Below are positions 59,990-64,000 of a DNA stretch of 64,000 nucleotides, piece after piece (positions within the stretch are counted from its first letter, which is position 1; every line of letters begins with the position of its first letter). The stretch is from Nemertoderma westbladi (taxonomy: Eukaryota; Animalia; Xenacoelomorpha): the NCBI GenBank assembly GCA_032718475.1, contig JAUCBJ010006844.1, forward strand, positions 1-64,000, written 5' to 3'. Position numbers and translations under genes: made by a program. The notes beneath the pieces were generated by a model. The model did no database searches. It was given only the letters and a program-made list of their open reading frames with translations, and had not been told where the DNA came from.

Positions 59990-62900
59990 TAGGGTGGATC
60001 GAATTTTGCCAAAGTTGGAAATCAAAGAATGGCTAGTGCTAAAAAGTGGCACATGGGCTTAAGAACTATGCATGCAAAATATTTTTTAATTTGGTTAAGT
60101 CCTTGCTCCCCCCCAAAGCCTCTGAATTTTGATAAAGATAGGCGCGATAAGGTGGTAGTAAATCGGCTAGACTATATGAAGGTTATGGCACTTGTAGTCA
60201 CTCCCTTGAGCTCACTTTGGGCTCATTCAAAGCGCATTGGTCGATTTAGTTATTCAATATTTCGTTTCTGGGCATGGCAGCCACTATTTTCCTCACTCTG
60301 CTCATTTTTGTGCTTTTGGATGTATAAAATAAATATATTCATATATTCCACTTCTATATTGTGGCAAATTGAAAGTATTATATTTGTATTACAATTGTTC
60401 CATTCAGGCAATCGTGTAATGAATTCAGGCAGTACCAGTATAGGAGTGTTGAGGCCCAGCACTGTTCATTGTTGGATTATTACTACCGTATGTCAGTAGT
60501 GTATGGTATGATTTCCCTGTTCAGTATTGGATTACTACAACTACAGTCAGACTGTCTGTAGACAATGTCAGTAGCGTAGGGTATGGTTGCCCTGTTCATT
60601 GTTGCATTACTACAGTCAGACAGTCTGTAGACAATGTCAGTATAGTAGTTTAGGGTAGACTTATTGTGAATTAGTAAACAGTAATGCCTGATGCAGTTTT
60701 ACTCAATGTTAGGCATATTGAGAGAAGTGGGTACTATCAGACAGTAGATTCAGGGCTGTAGGTCAATGGTACTTTCATAGGTAAGAAGTATGGAGATAGT
60801 AGTGTCACTGTCATGTCAATAGGCCTACATTACCCAATGTACTAATGTTTCTGTACTCTGTACTAGTCTAGTCTTTTAGTGATGGCACTTCTTAGAACAC
60901 AAACAGCCTGCCCAGTAATTGGAGCACCTGCTGATCTCCCAACAACATGTTTGCCAACCCATGGCGACGTTTTGAGGTACTATCAGTACATAAGGAAATT
61001 GGATACAACGACTGGAGTTACAAAAACAATGCCATCATTGGATATATATAAAATGGTCGCTGGTCAATTAGAGAAACTGTGGACTAGAGCATCATTACCT
61101 TACAACTCCCATAAGAGGATTGTGGACAAGCTTCTTGCTTACCATGCAAATTACATAAAGATTCTCAAGCATGTTGATAGAAAGCAACAGCTTGCTAAGT
61201 TTAGACAACATGCAGATTCAACACTCTTTGATATAACAACGTGTAAATGTAAAGACTTTTTGACATGCTCTTGCGCCAGAGAACTTAGAGTGCCAGAAGA
61301 AGAACAGTCGTTTTTGTTAGACCAACGTGGCGACCGTCAAATGATGATAGCAGGTGTTGATGTACCACTAACTAATCAAATTGAACAGAAGCGCAAGCGA
61401 AAACTCTCTAGACAACTTCAATTTGTCCCACATCAGGTCTCTCCAATTGTGAATTCAGTAACTGATGTTGATTATACTTCTTCAGATGATGATGCTGAAT
61501 CAAAGGCTCCCATGGTTGAGTATGATCCAATACCATCAACTTCATGGTCGGATGTTAGTTGTAGGCCTGATTCTGAAAGTGCTGTCCAACAATCTGTTCA
61601 CCAAATGAGACGTGAATTACCAACATTATCCCGTGAATGCGATAGACATGGGGTATCTGATAGAGCTGCTGCATCTATTGCTACAGCAGTGTTGCAGGAT
61701 TTTGGAATTGTACACACTGAGGATACTACTAGTGTCATTGACCGAATGAAAATTCGGCGTGAGAGAGAGAAACAGCGAAATATAGAAATTAACACACCTG
61801 ACACTGATCTCTATGGATTATATTTTGATGGTCGCAAAGATTTAACCATAATGCAGGAGATGATTGGTAACAAATATTACTATCGGACTGCAAAAGAAGA
61901 ACATATATCATTATTATCAGAGCCTGGCTCTACTTATATTGGCCATATCACTCCAGATGGTGGGGATGCAGTTAGTATCTCTGTAGCAATAAGTAAATAT
62001 CTTCTGGAGAGAGATATTGCAACTGAAAAGTTGGTGGCTGTGGGGTCAGATGGGACTGCAGTTAATACTGGTCATCTTGGAGGCATTATTAGGTTATTGG
62101 AAGTTACTTATGGTCGTCCATTGCAGTGGTTTATATGCCAACTACATTTAAATGAACTTCCACTACGACATATTCTGGTTCACCTGGATGGAGTCACTTC
62201 AGGGCCAAAATCATTTACTGGTGTAATTGGCAAGTCATTGGCATTTGTTAGTCTACCTGACCTGGTCTCCTTTAAACCCATTCCAGCACCAAACCTACCA
62301 GTTGTTCCTGCTAAAGTCAGACATGACCTCAGTGATGATCAGCGATATTTGTATGATATGTGTATTGCCATACAGTCTGGTGTTTGCTCTTCAGATCTTG
62401 CAAAGAAGCTTCCAGTAGATGATTGGTAACAAATATTACTATCGGACTTCCAGGAGATGATTGGTAACAAATATTACTATCGGACTGCAAAAGAAGAACA
62501 TATATCATTATTATCAGAGCCTGGCTCTGCTTATATTGGCCATATCACTCCAGATGGTGGGGATGCAGTTAGTATCTCTGTAGCAATAAGTAAATATCTT
62601 CTGGAGAGAGATATTGCAACTGAAAAGTTGGTGGCTGTGGGGTCAGATGGGACTGCAGTTAATACTGGTCATCTTGGAGGCATTATTAGGTTATTGGAAG
62701 TTACTTATGGTCGTCCATTGCAGTGGTTTATATGCCAACTACATTTAAATGAACTTCCACTACGACATATTCTGGTTCACCTGGATGGAGTCACTTCAGG
62801 GCCAAAATCATTTACTGGTGTAATTGGCAAGTCATTGGCATTTGTTAGTCTACCTGACCTGGTCTCCTTTAAACCCATTCCAGCACCAAACCTACCAGTT

Positions 62901-64000
62901 GTTCCTGCTAAAGTCAGACATGACCTCAGTGATGATCAGCGATATTTGTATGATATGTGTATTGCCATACAGTCTGGTGTTTGCTCTTCAGATCTTGCAA
63001 AGAAGCTTCCAGGACCACTGTCACATTCCAGGTGGTTAACTCTTGGATGTCGTATACTTCGGCTTTATGTATCTTGTAAAGATCCTCACCCGAATCTGGT
63101 TACTCTTACTTCTTACATCCTAAATGCTTATGCACCAATATGGTTCAATATAAAGTGTCAGTGGGAATGCATCTTTGGACCTAAACATCTGCTTTGCCTT
63201 ATACAGTACACCAGATACCTGTCAACTGATTTGCGGGACATTGTAGACACTACTATACAACGGAATGCCTTCTTTGCACATGAAGAAAACGTTCTTCTGT
63301 CTATGTTGTTTGACGAGGATAAGGGAATACAACAACTGGCCTTAAGGAGAATATTAAAGTACAGGTCTTTAGAAGTATCTTCAGCAGAATGTGTCAGGTC
63401 ATTCAGAGTCCCAGTAATAAACTTTAGTTCCGTAGATTACTACGATTTAATTGACTGGACCACAGCCAAGTATGAACCCCCACTTACAAAGCACATACCA
63501 ACTGATTTAATTCGCAATAGTTTAGAAGGAACTGCTGATATAGACTTTCCATTTCCACGGTTTGCTTGCCACACACAAGCTGTAGAGAGGATTGTTAAAC
63601 TTGTCACTGAGGTTTCAGTGGCCGTGTGTGGATTTACAAGACGAGATGGAGCAATTCGCAACAAGCTGAGATCTTACTCTAAGATGAAGAGCTTCGAAAG
63701 CAAGAAAGACTACACGGTCTAATCTAATATACTTTAACTGTGCTCTCTGACAGATACCACACAAACCTACTGTATATACTAGAATATTTACTTTGGGTTT
63801 TAAACAAACATTGATATTATAATACTTTAGTTAACTCTTAAATATGTTTCCCTATTTAGTTTATATAAAGGGATTGAAACATGAAATATTCAACAAACAA
63901 TTAACATATTAACAAATTTTTTATACCTTGGAATTTCAACAGCAAATCATGCTTATCATTCATTCTACCCCATGTAAATCGACCATTATGATTTAAAAGA
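59990..64000 (+). mobile_element. hATm-like DNA transposon; right terminus beyond the window
   Basis: Left end TAGGGTGGATCG and a transposase with YFDGRKD, EEHISL..EPGS.YIGH, SDGTAVNTG, ICQLHLNELPLRH, CHTQAVER. The hATm label is from memory of the family's termini and motifs. Confidence 0.7.
60879..63722 (+). pseudogene. Transposase disrupted by a 597-bp internal duplication (about 748 aa when removed)
   Basis: 61854-62415 is repeated at 62451-63012; both ORF halves are in the same frame with a stop in the junction insert. Confidence 0.88.

Overview
Repeat-dense eukaryotic (probably invertebrate animal) genomic window dominated by nested transposons. It holds three BEL/Pao LTR retrotransposon copies: a decayed pol fragment (~2.0-5.5 kb), a 5'-truncated copy (5500-18216, +) and a complete, very young 19-kb copy (37601-56626, -; 2179-bp near-identical LTRs, AAAGG TSD). 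A probable fourth, rearranged relative lies at ~30.8-35.4 kb. Main signal: these elements carry an extra ORF encoding a DEDDy-like 3'-5' exonuclease (three divergent homologs, two long enough to show C-terminal CCHC zinc knuckles). Both elements with an intact U5/leader junction lack a TGG tRNA primer-binding site; instead that position is perfectly complementary to 11-12 nt inside their own LTR and is duplicated in a nearby 3-nt-loop hairpin, suggesting self-priming. Also present: a 2A-PHD-APE-RT LINE, RTE-like LINE fragments, inverted Penelope-like minimal hammerheads, a hATm-like DNA transposon with an internal duplication, minisatellites, an intronless MFS transporter gene and two compact AT-rich ORFs (one RING finger). 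All calls come from reading motifs by eye; no searches were run.
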